Shown here in pieces: positions 38,230 through 47,556 of a DNA stretch of 64,000 nt. The notes below the pieces were generated by a model. It worked only from the letters and a program-made list of their open reading frames with translations, did not search any database and was not told the origin of the DNA. A program made the position numbers and the translations under genes. The DNA is from Bdellovibrionota bacterium (GTDB lineage: Bacteria; Bdellovibrionota_C; UBA2361; CALJRW01). The DNA lies in contig JBGSMD010000061.1 in the NCBI GenBank assembly GCA_041740355.1, forward strand, positions 9,514 through 73,513, in the 5' to 3' direction. Position 1 is the stretch's first letter, and every line of letters begins with the position of its first letter.

Positions 38230-40074
38230 TTATATTAAAACTGTAAAAAACATTAGTGCTAAGATGGCAATTAAACTTAAAGCAAAATAAAATCTAAGCT
38301 GACCATTCTGAATCATGCTTAAACTCTTGGAGCTTACTAGTGCCGTAGCTGAAAGCGACTCAATAGTCATTTTAAGAGTAGCTGTCTCGATCAAGCCTTC
38401 TAAAATTCCAGCAATTCTTTTAAGGGGTACTGTCACTAAAAGATTGTAAATCTCGTCTACAAAAAATTTATTTCGTGGGAAGAAGAAAACGACCTTGGCA
38501 AGATTCTGATAAGCAATTAACAGAGGAGTAAGAATAATTGTTAGAATCAAGACGAGTGTCGGCAAAATTGAATGTACCAAAGCTGATCCGATTGCTTCAG
38601 GTTTAATCGTAAATTCCTTAATCGCAGGGGATAAAAATTGCCCCAAAGTTTCCGGTAAGAAAAATCCGGACACTATAGTTAAGAGCGCTAAGATGGCAAT
38701 TGGTAAATTCATTAGGAAACTTGGTGAATGTAAGTGTTCTAAATCAGACTTAGGTTTAGCTAAAAAAACTAGATAAAATGAACGCGTCATGTAAACTACA
38801 GTTAGCAAAGAGATGAAAGTTAAGATCCAGGAGAAATTTCCCAAATATCCTGCTTCGTCTACAGCAAGCAAGATCTCATGTTTAGAAAAATATCCAGCTA
38901 GCGGATAAATTGCCGAAATTGCTAAGGTACAAATCAAATAGACGGTAAAAGTTACTGGTAGCTTATTCCAAAGCCCACCCATTTTATGAATAGATTGTTC
39001 GCCGTGCATGGCATGGATAATATTTCCGGCAGATAGAAAAAGTCCTGCCTTAAAAAAAGCATGTGTTGCCACGTGAAAAAGTGCAATTCCATAGGCGCCT
39101 GAAGCTACTGCCATAAACATTAAGCCTAATTGACTAACCGTGGAATACGCTAAAATCTTTTTTAGGTCATTCTGTGCTATGGCGATTACTCCAGCCATGA
39201 TGCAAGTGACAGTAGCAATTACAAAAATCAGCTGTTGAAGCATTGGAAAAGCTTCAAACAGATAGGACATGCGACTCATCAAATATACACCAGCAGTCAC
39301 CATAGTTGCTGCGTGAATTAGAGCTGAAACTGGAGTTGGTCCAGCCATGGCATCTGGCAGCCAAACATACAAAGGAATTTGCGCTGACTTTCCAGTAACT
39401 GCAATAAATAATCCAACTGCAGCTAAGTACAAGTAAGGTTGAAAAGCACTATCTAATAATAAAGATTGTTCAATTCTAAGAAATTCGACTTCTCCAATCC
39501 CAAAAATCAATGAAAAAATGGCTAAAAGTAACCCAGCATCTCCAATTCTATTATAGATAAAAGCTTTCTTGCCGGCAGCCGCATACTCGATGTTTTTATA
39601 CCAAAATGAAATTAGTAGATAGGAGCATAGTCCCACCCCCTCCCAACCGATAAATAGTACTAATAAGTTATTACCTAGTACTAATAACAACATGAAAAAT
39701 ATAAACAGATTCAAATAAGCGAAAAAACGTGGGCGAGAGTCATCCTCTGACATGTATCCTATTGAATATAGATGAATCAGACTTCCTACTCCTGTAATAA
39801 TCAAACACATGAATAAGGAAAGACTATCCCAAAGCAAAGAAAAATTTACATCAAGCTCGTTAAAACTAAACCAAGAGAAAAGTGAAATTGTTTCACTCAC
39901 ATTAGAATTAGCTAATATACTTTGCCCTGCTAGAAGTGTCGCAACAAAACTTAGCGCACAGGCCAGTGTTGCCACTGGTCCACTAGCACTAGGACACTTT
40001 TGCCCAACTGTATAAGCAAGGAACGAACCAAGGAGTGGAATTAGAATAAGTGATGTTAGATAAATAGAAAGCAA
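38230..40074 (-). CDS. nuoL: NADH-quinone oxidoreductase subunit L
   Basis: GWEGVGLCSYLLI, GKSAQIPLYVWLPDAMAGPTPVSALIHAATMVTAG, HAFFKA. Confidence 0.96.
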   Translation of the reverse strand: MLSIYLTSLILIPLLGSFLAYTVGQKCPSASGPVATLACALSFVATLLAGQSILANSNVSETISLFSWFSFNELDVNFSLLWDSLSLFMCLIITGVGSLIHLYSIGYMSEDDSRPRFFAYLNLFIFFMLLLVLGNNLLVLFIGWEGVGLCSYLLISFWYKNIEYAAAGKKAFIYNRIGDAGLLLAIFSLIFGIGEVEFLRIEQSLLLDSAFQPYLYLAAVGLFIAVTGKSAQIPLYVWLPDAMAGPTPVSALIHAATMVTAGVYLMSRMSYLFEAFPMLQQLIFVIATVTCIMAGVIAIAQNDLKKILAYSTVSQLGLMFMAVASGAYGIALFHVATHAFFKAGLFLSAGNIIHAMHGEQSIHKMGGLWNKLPVTFTVYLICTLAISAIYPLAGYFSKHEILLAVDEAGYLGNFSWILTFISLLTVVYMTRSFYLVFLAKPKSDLEHLHSPSFLMNLPIAILALLTIVSGFFLPETLGQFLSPAIKEFTIKPEAIGSALVHSILPTLVLILTIILTPLLIAYQNLAKVVFFFPRNKFFVDEIYNLLVTVPLKRIAGILEGLIETATLKMTIESLSATALVSSKSLSMIQNGQLRFYFALSLIAILALMFFTVLI

Positions 40075-40075
40075 A

Positions 40076-40375
40076 CTAACCTCTTAAATTATTTATTTCC
40101 TTAGTATCTAAGGATTTAAAATGCTTAAAAATACTGATAATCAAAGCGAGTCCTACAGCGACCTCACAAGCAGCCAAAACCATCACAAAAATTACCAGGA
40201 TTTGACCATCTAAATTATTATTGTAATGAGAGAAACTAACTAATAATAAGTTAATTGCATTTAACATCAGCTCAATACACATGAGTGATACAATAAGATT
40301 GCGACGAAGTACCAAACCAATGGCTCCCAGTGAGAAGATAGTAGTTGAAACTAAAATTAATAAGTTTAAGTTCAT
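40076..40375 (-). CDS. nuoK: NADH-quinone oxidoreductase subunit K
   Basis: RRN…MCIELMLNA…AACEVAVGLAL. Confidence 0.95.
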   Translation of the reverse strand: MNLNLLILVSTTIFSLGAIGLVLRRNLIVSLMCIELMLNAINLLLVSFSHYNNNLDGQILVIFVMVLAACEVAVGLALIISIFKHFKSLDTKEINNLRG

Positions 40376-40887
40376 TATAAATTATTATGTTTAGAATTTG
40401 ACTTAGCAATTAAAACTGCCCCAGTTAAAGCGGAAAGAATTACTACGGAAGCTAACTCAAAAGCGAATAAATATTTTGTAAAAAGTAGCATTCCAATCTT
40501 CTCTACAGTACCATCGTTCACTGTATCTTTAATAGTTGGTGGTAAAATTGAAATGCCTGATAATTGTGTCCAAAACAAATAAGTAAAAATTGGAAGTATT
40601 ACTAAACCAACCAGTCCCCAAACAAATTTACTGCGATGAATTTCATAACCGCTACCAACATTTAGTAACATGATTACAAATAATACTAGTACCATGATCG
40701 CTCCCGCATAAACGGCTAATTGAATCATGGCGATAAAATGCGCATCCAGTAAAACAAATATCCCAGCAATCCCCACCATACAAACAACTAATGCCAAAGC
40801 ACTACTGATTGGGTTCCTAAAAAGAATCACAGACATTGCCGAAGCAATACAAAGTCCTGATAGAATATAAAAAATAAAGCTTTCCAT
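40375..40887 (-). CDS. nuoJ: NADH-quinone oxidoreductase subunit J (start ATG 40887)
   Basis: NPISSAL, QLAVYAGAIMVLVLFVIMLLN, FELAS. Confidence 0.93.
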   Translation of the reverse strand: MESFIFYILSGLCIASAMSVILFRNPISSALALVVCMVGIAGIFVLLDAHFIAMIQLAVYAGAIMVLVLFVIMLLNVGSGYEIHRSKFVWGLVGLVILPIFTYLFWTQLSGISILPPTIKDTVNDGTVEKIGMLLFTKYLFAFELASVVILSALTGAVLIAKSNSKHNNL

Positions 40888-40895
40888 TGTATTCT

Positions 40896-42032
40896 CTAGT
40901 TTGAATTGAAGGCTAAAACCCAAGCGGCAGTTAAAACTAAATTTACTAAACTCATTGGCAAAAGATACTTCCAACCCAAGTCCATTAATTGATCAAATCT
41001 AAAACGTGGTAATGACCAGCGAATTGTAACTTGCAAGATACAGAAGAACATAACTTTACTCATCAGAATGATATGACCGAGCAATGCTCCTAACATTCCA
41101 TAAGTTAAATCAAAAAGTCCTAGATTTAAAAATACGGCTGTTCCAGTTGGTAAATCAAAGAGCAGTGGATCCCAGGCGCCAAAGAAAAATACCGAAAGGA
41201 CTAAAGAAAAGAGAGCAATTTCTGCAAACTCACCCATCCAAAAAAGTAAGAATTTCATTCCAGAATATTCAGTGAAGTAACCAGCAACTAGCTCTGACTC
41301 AGCTTCAGGCATATCAAATGGCCCTCTTTTTGTTTCGGCCATACCGACAATGAAGAGGATAATCATCGTAATCCAGGCAAAAGGATTAGAAAAAATCCCC
41401 CAATGTCCGCCTGCTTGGGCAGATATAATAGTATGAAAATCTAATGACTGATAAGTAACAGCAATAATTACAAAACATACCCCCATGGCTAATTCATAGG
41501 AAATCATCTGAGCAGAAGCCCGAAGTCCTCCAAGAAATGAGAATTTATTATTTCCAGTTAGCCCTGCAATAACCACACCATAAACAGCAAGCGAACCCAT
41601 TGCAAAAAGAAATAATACACCAACATTTAATTGTGCTAGTTGTCCCGTAATAAGATATCCACCAATTTCAAAATCAGGTGCTAAAGGAATAACTGCAAAA
41701 GCCATAAAGACAGGTAATACTGCAAGGAATGGTGCCAAACTATGCATGAAATTTGAGACGCCTTCAGGAACAAAGTCCTCTTTGAAGATTGCTTTCACTG
41801 GATCACAGAAAAGTGTATTTATTATACCTAGAATTCCTAGAATCTTGAGAATAAAGAATACTGGCTTTAACAGAATATATTTAGTTGTGAAGAACGTACC
41901 TGCCCTATTAGCTCCAACCCGATCTTGAATCAAAGCCGAAACTTTTCGCTCAAACCAAGTACAAGTAGAAGCAAGCAAGATAACTAGTTGCAGAACAAAC
42001 GCTGTTTTTAGAAAAAGAATTAAATATTCCAC
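40896..42032 (-). CDS. nuoH: NADH-quinone oxidoreductase subunit H
   Basis: ERKVSA.IQDR.G, GGLRASAQMISYE, PFDMPEAESELVAGYFTEYSG, PRFRFDQLM. Confidence 0.96.
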   Translation of the reverse strand: MEYLILFLKTAFVLQLVILLASTCTWFERKVSALIQDRVGANRAGTFFTTKYILLKPVFFILKILGILGIINTLFCDPVKAIFKEDFVPEGVSNFMHSLAPFLAVLPVFMAFAVIPLAPDFEIGGYLITGQLAQLNVGVLFLFAMGSLAVYGVVIAGLTGNNKFSFLGGLRASAQMISYELAMGVCFVIIAVTYQSLDFHTIISAQAGGHWGIFSNPFAWITMIILFIVGMAETKRGPFDMPEAESELVAGYFTEYSGMKFLLFWMGEFAEIALFSLVLSVFFFGAWDPLLFDLPTGTAVFLNLGLFDLTYGMLGALLGHIILMSKVMFFCILQVTIRWSLPRFRFDQLMDLGWKYLLPMSLVNLVLTAAWVLAFNSN

Positions 42033-42070
42033 AGGTGGTAAATCAGTTTATTTTTTCAGGTAAATTTATT

Positions 42071-42214
42071 AGCGACCCTTGGGGGTCGCTGGCGAAACAA
42101 GCTTGTGTAACAAGCGTTTGAGCTGGGGAAGATAAATACACTAAAACCCAAAAAATAGAAAAGCGAGTAGCTTTTTCCTTGCCGTTTTGACACACCCTGT
42201 GGGTTTTAGTGTAT
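42071..42214 (+). repeat. Composite structured element, copy A (related to 61495-61608)
   Basis: AGCGACCC/GGGTCGCT hairpin; GGCGAAA…CAAGCGTTTGAGCTGGGGAA module; perfect 15-bp IR ATACACTAAAACCCA (42136-42150) / TGGGTTTTAGTGTAT (42200-42214). Confidence 0.7.
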
Positions 42215-42325
42215 ACAACTTAAAGTGATTTGTAGCAAGTATTTGTGGCTTAGAGTTCTAGATTTCATCAGCATATTGCCTCACTATCCAGACTCAGGCA
42301 TGATTAGACGTAAATTTCAAAAATA

Positions 42326-43117
42326 TTGCCGAAAAACGCAAAATCTACGTCCGAACTAATTGAAATAAATACTACAAGATCAATGTCTTTGAACGAAATT
42401 ACTGCAATCTCGATTATAATCCCGGTCCATAATGAAGAGCTTTTCCTACCTAAATGTCTAGAAGCTATTAAAAAAGCTCATCATCAGATTTCCATTCCAA
42501 TTGAAATAGTTGTTGTTCTTAATCGTTGCACCGATCAAACTGAACGAATCGCTAAAGAGGCTGGCTGTACTATAACCTCCAATGACGCCAAAAACCTTTC
42601 GGCGATACGCAATGCTGGGATTAAACTTGCCAGCGGCGATCTAATTATTACTATCGATGCCGATAGCTTCATGTCGGAGCAGATGCTTAAAAAAATATTA
42701 ATCGCAATGAACTCAGGGCGTTACATTGGTGGTGGCGTAAACATTCTAGCAGAACGTTGGTCCTTAGGAATAATATGCTCAATGCTGATGTTAGTCCCTT
42801 TAGCTGTCTTCTGGGGAATCACTGCCGGATCTTTTTTTGCTCTCAAAAAAGACATTGCTGAAATTGGCGGCTTTGACGAGGATCTTTACAGCGCTGAAGA
42901 TATTGATTTTGCAAGACGCCTAAAAAGACACGGAAAAACTCGCGGACTTAAGTTCTGTAACTTACTCTCGGCTTACATTACAACATCCTGTCGTAAGTTT
43001 GATCGCTTTGGTGATTGGTATGCATTTAAAAATCCCTTCAAGATGCTTAAGCTCCTAAAAGGTCAAAAAAGCCTAGAAGCAGATAAGATTTGGTATGATT
43101 TTAATAATTTAGAATAA
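42326..43117 (+). CDS. Glycosyltransferase family 2 (start may be ATG 42383)
   Basis: ISIIIPVHNEE, CTDQT, RNAG, TIDADS, GGFDE…AED. Confidence 0.9.
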   Translation: MPKNAKSTSELIEINTTRSMSLNEITAISIIIPVHNEELFLPKCLEAIKKAHHQISIPIEIVVVLNRCTDQTERIAKEAGCTITSNDAKNLSAIRNAGIKLASGDLIITIDADSFMSEQMLKKILIAMNSGRYIGGGVNILAERWSLGIICSMLMLVPLAVFWGITAGSFFALKKDIAEIGGFDEDLYSAEDIDFARRLKRHGKTRGLKFCNLLSAYITTSCRKFDRFGDWYAFKNPFKMLKLLKGQKSLEADKIWYDFNNLE

Positions 43118-43203
43118 GTTTTTACTTGTTTAAGGGCTAAAATTTGTTACTTTATTGTAATCTTAACAAGTTCTATTTTAAGGCCTTACTCAATTAGTTT
43201 TAG

Positions 43204-43848
43204 TTGTTACAGGAAACAATGACTTTATCATTTCCAACAATTGCACCCATAACCACAGGTAGCACATTTAACGTTCATGAAGGTATTGATGATCAACTTC
43301 AGAAGGCTGACTTAGCTTTAAGCTTAGAGGCCATTCGATTAAGCAATAAAACCCCAACAGTCATTTTAAGAATCCCCTTAAACTTAAAGGAAGAAGTATC
43401 AAAAGATTCCACATTGAGACACTTAGTACAAATAGATGATGAAGTTGCTAAAGACGCTCTATCAACAATGATCTTAAAGCAAATAGAAATTTTTAAAACA
43501 CATCTTGATAGAATTGCTTCACCCGCTAGAAACTTCACCTATAAATTATGCGTTACTAAAGATGCTAGTAGTGCAATTCCAAGCAATTTAAAAATAGATG
43601 AAGATAAAATTGCCGGAAGTTTTCCAATATCAATTGCCCAGTTACATGGAATTAGTTTGCAAAACGACTTAGAAGATGGGCGGCTAGCATCAGTCGGTCA
43701 AGGATTTAATTTTATCCATTCTGCATCAACTAACCCTGCATGCTCATTAATTTCAGCAAAAAGTAGGGAGAACGCAACTTTTGTTGGCATCATTCAGGCA
43801 AGCTATCCGCGTGATACTCTGGAAGTATTGATCGAAGCATCATTTTAA
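43204..43848 (+). CDS. Hypothetical protein
   Basis: 214-aa ORF filling the gap between GT2 and nuoG; no recognisable motif. Confidence 0.55.
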   Translation: MLQETMTLSFPTIAPITTGSTFNVHEGIDDQLQKADLALSLEAIRLSNKTPTVILRIPLNLKEEVSKDSTLRHLVQIDDEVAKDALSTMILKQIEIFKTHLDRIASPARNFTYKLCVTKDASSAIPSNLKIDEDKIAGSFPISIAQLHGISLQNDLEDGRLASVGQGFNFIHSASTNPACSLISAKSRENATFVGIIQASYPRDTLEVLIEASF

Positions 43849-43887
43849 ACTCTGCGAGAAGAGGAATTTTTCGGTGAGCTAACAAAA

Positions 43888-45489
43888 TTATTGAAAGGCA
43901 ATTTCCAATCCTTGCTTACGTACTAACCTTAAATTTGTATTCAGATCGCTTGGGTCAGCATTAATTTCTGCAAGCAGTGCTAATGTCATCTCACGATCTT
44001 CTTTAGCCAAAGTTATGCTTTTGCCAAATTTAGACGCTAACATTTCAAAGTATCTCCAATGGGGATGAGTAGAGAAATCAAAATCTAATAATCTTTCGGA
44101 ATATTGCAGGCGAAGCTTATTACTAATCATTAATCCCGCTTTTTGGTAAACACTTCGAGATGGAAGTACAACGTTACAGGTGGTACGAAGTGCAGAATCA
44201 GCATCGGCAATTATGGCTACTGATAACGATAGTTTAGTTATAGCTGAAACTATTTCAGAGTTTAAATCTTGAAGATCAATTGCCCGATCCCCAACCAAAA
44301 CCAGATTTTTTATCTCCTGATTATAGATCTTATTTAATAAAGTCTGATAATCACTCTCAGGATTATCTGAAATTAACCCTAAATACTGTGCCGAACGAAA
44401 GTTTGCCGCATAATCAGGGCTAATTAAAATCTTTTCTAACTCTGTTAAGCTTCTTCCTCGGTAAGCTACGGCAACTTGTGCTTCAGGTGCAAAACTTTCC
44501 CGAAACTTTTTAACTAAATAAAAATCTTCTAGGAATAAATCAGGTGCCAATAAAAACGCGGTATCATTGGACTTTAAGGCTTCTAAATTATTTAAAGCAT
44601 CAGCAATCGAAACTACTTGTTGCTTAACGCTAGCATCTTTTAAATGATGCTTAGGAATAAAGCGATGAAATCCATAACGCCCCTCGTCACAAAGCCAGTC
44701 TTGTTTAGTGGCACTATTCGGTCGTGATTTTACATGGACAACTTGATTATCACGGATGGCAAGCTTGACTGAACATCCAGTGGAGCAACCTGTACAAATT
44801 GTATCAACTTGTTTGGTGTACCAAATCCGAGTGTTAAATCTCCACTGCTTATGAGTTAGCGCCCCAACTGGACAAAGATCCACAACGTTTCCTGAAAAAG
44901 GATTATTTAATTCTTTCCCAGGATTAATTGAAATCATTGAGCGATCACCACGATTAACCATTCCCAACTCAGAAGTTTTAGTAACTTCATCACAGAAACG
45001 AATACAACGGGTACACATGATGCAACGCTCAGCATCTAACATAACCGTTGGACCTAATGGCTCGGCTTTTACTTTGCTAACTTTAGTTTCGATAAAACGA
45101 CTTGGCTGTGCGTTATACTCAAAATGATAATCTTGTAATTTGCAGTGTCCTGCCTGGTCACAAACTGTACAATCAAGCGGATGATTAATCAGAATCATTT
45201 CTAAGGTTGAGGCCTGTGCCTCTCTAACTTTATCGCTAGTTTGATGAGTACGAACTTTCATCCCAGGTTGAACTTGGGTATGACAAGCAATCATTAATTT
45301 AGGAGCACCTTCAACTTCGACTTGGCACATTCGGCAATTACCAACGATGCTTAAACTTTTGTGATAACAATAATGTGGGATTTTAGCGTGCACTTGCTTC
45401 GCTGCTTCAATAATTACAGTCCCTTTAGGAACACTAACTTCCAAATCATCAATTGTTAATGTAATTAAATCTAAGTTCTGTTCGTTCAT
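43888..45489 (-). CDS. nuoG: NADH-quinone oxidoreductase subunit G (short, 533 aa)
   Basis: PHYCYH…GNCRMC, NHPLDCTVCDQAGHC, RCIMCTRC…CPVGAL, CTGCSTGC (N7-type). Confidence 0.93.
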   Translation of the reverse strand: MNEQNLDLITLTIDDLEVSVPKGTVIIEAAKQVHAKIPHYCYHKSLSIVGNCRMCQVEVEGAPKLMIACHTQVQPGMKVRTHQTSDKVREAQASTLEMILINHPLDCTVCDQAGHCKLQDYHFEYNAQPSRFIETKVSKVKAEPLGPTVMLDAERCIMCTRCIRFCDEVTKTSELGMVNRGDRSMISINPGKELNNPFSGNVVDLCPVGALTHKQWRFNTRIWYTKQVDTICTGCSTGCSVKLAIRDNQVVHVKSRPNSATKQDWLCDEGRYGFHRFIPKHHLKDASVKQQVVSIADALNNLEALKSNDTAFLLAPDLFLEDFYLVKKFRESFAPEAQVAVAYRGRSLTELEKILISPDYAANFRSAQYLGLISDNPESDYQTLLNKIYNQEIKNLVLVGDRAIDLQDLNSEIVSAITKLSLSVAIIADADSALRTTCNVVLPSRSVYQKAGLMISNKLRLQYSERLLDFDFSTHPHWRYFEMLASKFGKSITLAKEDREMTLALLAEINADPSDLNTNLRLVRKQGLEIAFQ

Positions 45490-45498
45490 AAAAATATT

Positions 45499-46803
45499 TT
45501 AGAGCTGATTTTCTTGTAAAACTGCCAAGCGTTTAGATTTTGCAACTAAAGAATTAGGATTGAGCGAAATTTTAGCCTCAAACTCACTAGCAAACTTTTT
45601 TAAAATACTTTGATAAGGCATCACCATGGTATCACCAAAAGCACAGATTGTATGTCCAGCAATCTGTCCACAAACACTTTGAATCAGAGCAATATCTTCT
45701 GGTCGCCCTTGCCCGTCGGCGATTCTTTGCACAATCTTTTCAATCCAATGTCCGCCTTCCCGACAGGGAGTACACTGTCCACAAGATTCATGGGCATAAA
45801 ATTTAGTTAAGTTTAGAAGAACCTCCACCATATCCGCAGTATCATCTAGCACCATAAAACCAGCACAACCTAGCGACGATCCGGCAAGGCGCATAGATTC
45901 GTAATCTAAATTAACACCTACTAGTTCCTCCCCGGTCATTACAGGAGTGGAAGATCCTCCAGGAATAATACATTTAATCTTTCGACCTTCAAGCATTCCA
46001 CCACATTCATTATTGATGAAATCAAGTAATGGATATCCCATTTCAACTTCATAGATTCCAGGCTTCTTAATATGACCTGAAGCACTTATTAATTTTGTGC
46101 CAGAAGATTTCTCAACTCCAATCTTGAAATAAGCATCCCCACCATTTTGAACAATAAAGGGAATGTTACAAATTGTTTCCACATTATTAATATTTGTTGG
46201 CATTCCGTAAAGTCCATAACCTGCAGGAAACGGAGGCTTAAGTCTTGGTTGCCCTTTCTTCCCTTCTAAGGAATTCATTAAGGCAGTTTCTTCCCCACAG
46301 ATGTAAGCACCTGCACCACGGTGAATAATTACATCGTGACTAAAACCAGAACCAAGAATGTTTTGACCTAGTAAACCTTTCTCGTAGCACTCTTTGATTG
46401 CTTGCTTCATTACAGTGTAAGGATAAGCGTACTCACCACGAATATAAATGAAAGTTTTTTGTGCCTGTAAGGCCCAAGCACCACAAAGAATCCCTTCTAA
46501 TAATAGATGAGGATTACGCTCCATGATCAAACGATCTTTAAATGTCCCTGGCTCCGACTCGTCGGCATTAATTATTAAGTAAATTGGCTTCTCTGTTTTT
46601 CGCGGAATAAAAAAACTCCACTTAATTCCAGTTGGAAATCCCGCTCCACCACGTCCGCGGAGTCCTGATTTTTTTACTTCGTCAACTACGGAATCCGGCG
46701 ACATTGATAAGGCCTTGCGAAATGACTCATAGCCTCCACGTGACTGATAGCCTGCGACAGAAACATTGTCATCAAATTCGATACCTTTTAATAAGATTTT
46801 CAT
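45499..46803 (-). CDS. nuoF: NADH-quinone oxidoreductase subunit F
   Basis: GLRGRGGAGFPTG, NADESEPGTFKDR, GAGAYICGEETAL, ESCGQCTPCREG. Confidence 0.97.
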   Translation of the reverse strand: MKILLKGIEFDDNVSVAGYQSRGGYESFRKALSMSPDSVVDEVKKSGLRGRGGAGFPTGIKWSFFIPRKTEKPIYLIINADESEPGTFKDRLIMERNPHLLLEGILCGAWALQAQKTFIYIRGEYAYPYTVMKQAIKECYEKGLLGQNILGSGFSHDVIIHRGAGAYICGEETALMNSLEGKKGQPRLKPPFPAGYGLYGMPTNINNVETICNIPFIVQNGGDAYFKIGVEKSSGTKLISASGHIKKPGIYEVEMGYPLLDFINNECGGMLEGRKIKCIIPGGSSTPVMTGEELVGVNLDYESMRLAGSSLGCAGFMVLDDTADMVEVLLNLTKFYAHESCGQCTPCREGGHWIEKIVQRIADGQGRPEDIALIQSVCGQIAGHTICAFGDTMVMPYQSILKKFASEFEAKISLNPNSLVAKSKRLAVLQENQL

Positions 46804-47372
46804 TCTTTAGTATATACGGCAGACGGTGAGTAATTTTTTAAACCTGATCCCAAAGCATCTTTTTTAGTCGAGAATTTCAGATCAGGTTTTTCTTGTTCAA
46901 TTAAATTAATAATTTCGGTGATTTTTTCAGTAGTTAGATTTTCAAAGTAGGTATCATTAATCTCACACATTGGGCCTGTTCCACAGGAACCCAAACATTC
47001 CACTTGTTCAAAGCTCCATAGTCCATTGGCGCTAACTGCTTTTTCTTTAACATCACAGCGCTTTTCAATTGCTTGGCAAATCTTTTTACTACCCTCACCC
47101 ATTACCGCACAACTTAACGTGCGACAAACTTGGAAGTGATACTGACCTCGTTCTTTCGTTGTGTACATCGAATAAAATGTTACTAACTCGCGAACATGGA
47201 CAGGAGACATTTCCACTTGCTCAGCAACCCAAAGGATTCCCTCCTCCGAAATTTTACCTAATTCCTCCTGCACCAATTGCAATAAAGGCATTACTGCTGA
47301 CTTCTTACTTGGATAATAATTTTTTAATTCTTCGACTCTAACTAAAGCTTCTGAAGATAAGTTAATAGACAT
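46800..47372 (-). CDS. nuoE: NADH-quinone oxidoreductase subunit E
   Basis: TFYSMY, VCRTLSC, ECLGSCGTGP. Confidence 0.94.
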   Translation of the reverse strand: MSINLSSEALVRVEELKNYYPSKKSAVMPLLQLVQEELGKISEEGILWVAEQVEMSPVHVRELVTFYSMYTTKERGQYHFQVCRTLSCAVMGEGSKKICQAIEKRCDVKEKAVSANGLWSFEQVECLGSCGTGPMCEINDTYFENLTTEKITEIINLIEQEKPDLKFSTKKDALGSGLKNYSPSAVYTKE

Positions 47373-47400
47373 ATTGATTTATTAAACTATGCATTTCCCT

Positions 47401-47554
47401 TAATCGTTTACAATTTGAGTGAAGGTCGAATTAAAAAATTTAGCAAGAACGCAGGTGTACTGGCGATACAGCGCTTGTCCCCCATAGCCTTGGCGACGGG
47501 GGGAATATTTTGCTAAATTTTTTCTTTCGAGTTTCGCCAAAGGCTGAACGATTA
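47401..47554. repeat. ~154-nt palindromic (MITE-like) element with a nested REP-like hairpin at 47474-47505
   Basis: Outer arms TAATCGTTTA/TGAACGATTA, TCGAA/TTCGA, AAAAAATTTAGCAA/TTGCTAAATTTTTT; inner CTTGTCCCCCATAGCCTTGGCGACGGGGGGAA. Confidence 0.75.
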
Positions 47555-47556
47555 TA

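Noticed and set aside
40888-40974. ORF-track extended N-termini for nuoJ (40974) and lpxD (4147)
   Set aside because: They overlap the upstream genes; family-like sequence begins at ATG 40887 and ATG 4195
42091-42130. c-di-GMP-I riboswitch (GGCGAAAC start)
   Set aside because: Lacks the GNRA-capped P2, the GCAAAGC junction and the receptor-bearing P3
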